Assembly (NCBI GenBank): GCA_964252035.1 | Contig: CAXUOO010000113.1 | Direction: 5' to 3' (one strand) | Source of the DNA: Podarcis erhardii | Taxonomy: Eukaryota | Length of the DNA stretch: 54,943 nucleotides | In this document: piece by piece, positions 53,131 through 54,943 of the stretch | How positions within the stretch are numbered: position 1 is the stretch's first letter | Layout: each line of letters starts with the position of its first letter | The notes under the pieces: generated by a model | Told to the model about the DNA's origin: nothing | What the model saw: only the letters and a program-made list of their open reading frames with translations | The model's database searches: none | Made by a program: the position numbers and the translations under genes

Positions 53131-54943
53131 GGGCTGCACTTAAGCAATTTTTGACGCTCGCATTGCAAGTCCACTGTATTACATGGATATCAGAGGTGCT
53201 ATAGCAGCGTGTGCTTCGACTGCGCGACTGTGCTTACAAAATCATCACAGCATAAGATTGAAATAAGAGTATTTTTTCAACAATGCAATACGTCGTTGCA
53301 CACTGGTCTATCGGATTTATACTTTCGGAACGCAAGCGTTGCAGCAGGGGCTCGGTGCTTAAAGTGTCTGTGAAGGTTGCACAGCAAAAATGGTACTGAC
53401 TCGCGTTGAACACTTTTTTTCGTGTAGTTCATGGTTGCTAGCATGCGTATATGCTTCATTCAGGCGTGTATGTTTGCAAGCACAGCGTCAAAATAAATGT
53501 GTATTTTGTAAGGCGCGTTACACGTGCAGGCTGTGCGGTCGAATGTGTATTTCCAGAAAGTTAATTAAGAATTTTTTTTCGATCATCGCCGTGTTTATGG
53601 CGGGTTGCACAGCATCAATTTTTTTTTTCAAGCGTCACATTTTAAAGTAGATATGTTGTGCTATTTGGATACCTAAGAAATTCTACAGCAGTACATGGTT
53701 TGGATTATTATAAATATTTCATAGGCGACGACAACACAAGCATAAACTAAGATTCCTTTCCTTTAAACTGCCACACTTTCATTTCTCATTAAGCTGAGGT
53801 ACTTTCATATCAGGCTGCGCAGCCAAATGCATATTCTGATCATATGACGTACAGCATATTTTCGAGCCCCAAAGTGTCTGCAAGGAATTGCAGACCAGCA
53901 ATATCCGAGGCTCCCATTGCAAACCAGATACATTGTGCTACGCTGAAGTCAGAGGTGCTATAACAGCTGAATAGGCTTGCGTTGAGCACTTCTCATCTGG
54001 TAGTTCGTGGAGAGGATGGCAACTGATGTAGGAAATATTTGTCTTAGCCAACAATGTATACGTGTTTGCAAGCAAAGCATCAAAAAATGTGTACGCTTAC
54101 GGCGCAATACATGTAGTGCAGGCTGTGCGATCGAATGTGGAACATTAGCATATGAGGCTTGAAGAATATTTTCGAACGTCGACGCATCTATTCGTGTTGT
54201 ACAAATGAAAATGCTACGCTGCAAAGTAGATACACTGTGCTACTTGGAAATCCACGTTATACAGCAGTACATGAATTGACAAATCATATGTTTTCAAAGT
54301 AAGTACAATACAAACATAAATTAGGAGCACTTCTCATCAAGCCGTATCATTTTCATTTCAGGCTGGGCGAATAAATGTGTAGTTTGAGCAAATGAGCATT
54401 CAGCAGCTCTTCAAGCCCTAACGTGTTTGCATGGGGTGGCACAGCCGCAGTTGTAGAACGCTTCCCGTGAAAGCTAGGTATATTGTGCTATATGAAAGTC
54501 ACAGCCGCTATAGCAGCGTGTGGTTTGCCTACGTGACTGTGCTTACATATTGTCACAGCATAAAATAAAGTACGAGTTTTTTTTCAACGATGCGATGCGC
54601 TTTTTGCAAGTTGGTTATTTTAGTTCAAGTTCTCAAGAGGTGAGCCGTGCACCGGGTTTTTAATGCTTGACGTATCTTAACATGACCGGCTGCATAGCAA
54701 AAATTGCACTGGCTCGCGTTGAGCACTATGTACTTGGTAGTTCATGGATGCTAGCATCTGACTTATTGATATGTGTTTGGTTCAGGAGTGTGTATGATAG
54801 CAAGCACAGCATCAAGAAAGTGGTGTATCCGTACGGCGCGTTACACGGAGCAAGCTGTGCAGTCGAATGCGAATATTCAGAAAGTGAGCCATGAAGCATG
54901 TTTTCGAACACCGCCGTCTTTGTGGAAGGTTTCACAACAGCAA
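53131..54943. repeat. Right diverged layer of the satellite (XYZ trimers)
   Basis: HOR identity is lost inside monomer 7 of copy 9. Heads continue near 53290 (Y), 53528 (Z), 53812 (X/Y chimera), 54119 (Z), 54358 (X), 54606 (Y) and 54850. Confidence 0.85.

Larger units (their letters stand above)
24230..54943. repeat. Satellite array of ~240-bp monomers, head-to-tail, roughly 125 monomers, open at the right edge
   Basis: A recurring head (consensus by eye CAGGCTGTGCGGTCGAATGTGTATTTTCAGAAAGTGAGCCGTGCAGCA...TGTGAAnGGTTGCACAGCA) appears every ~210-260 bp, in the same orientation throughout. The left boundary is fuzzy (24200-24270). Confidence 0.9.

Noticed and set aside
29517-53650. CRLCGRMC as a zinc-finger repeat, or a recurring VQAVRSNVY frame as a decayed protein repeat
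   Set aside because: The frame runs into the conserved TGA of GTGAGCC, there are no His ligands and no 84-bp period. Substitutions among heads showed no third-position excess in a by-eye tally, and monomer lengths are not multiples of three.
24230-54943. CRISPR-like array (constant head plus variable segment)
   Set aside because: Eukaryotic context, units far too long, tails are homologous classes rather than unique spacers, and no cas genes.

Overview
Eukaryotic nuclear DNA, AT-rich and apparently intron-rich. A protist, possibly apicomplexan/coccidian, is my inference and is not established. The window has two halves. (1) 1-24.2 kb: the first coding exon of the RNA polymerase I largest subunit (minus strand, running off the left edge), several unidentified candidate exons, seven (TA)n microsatellites, a purine-rich tract and two small tandem duplications. 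(2) ~24.2 kb to the right edge: one head-to-tail satellite array of ~240-bp monomers. Each monomer has a shared ~90-110 bp head and one of three tail classes (here X, Y, Z), often ordered as XYZ trimers. The core (32.4-53.1 kb) is a near-identical ~2.4-kb higher-order repeat (HOR) of 10 monomers (8 full copies plus 1 partial), flanked on both sides by older diverged monomers. This monomer > trimer > decamer hierarchy with layered flanks is the most notable feature. Its function (centromeric, subtelomeric or other) cannot be read from sequence. Coordinates inside the diverged layers and all identity statements are by-eye estimates.
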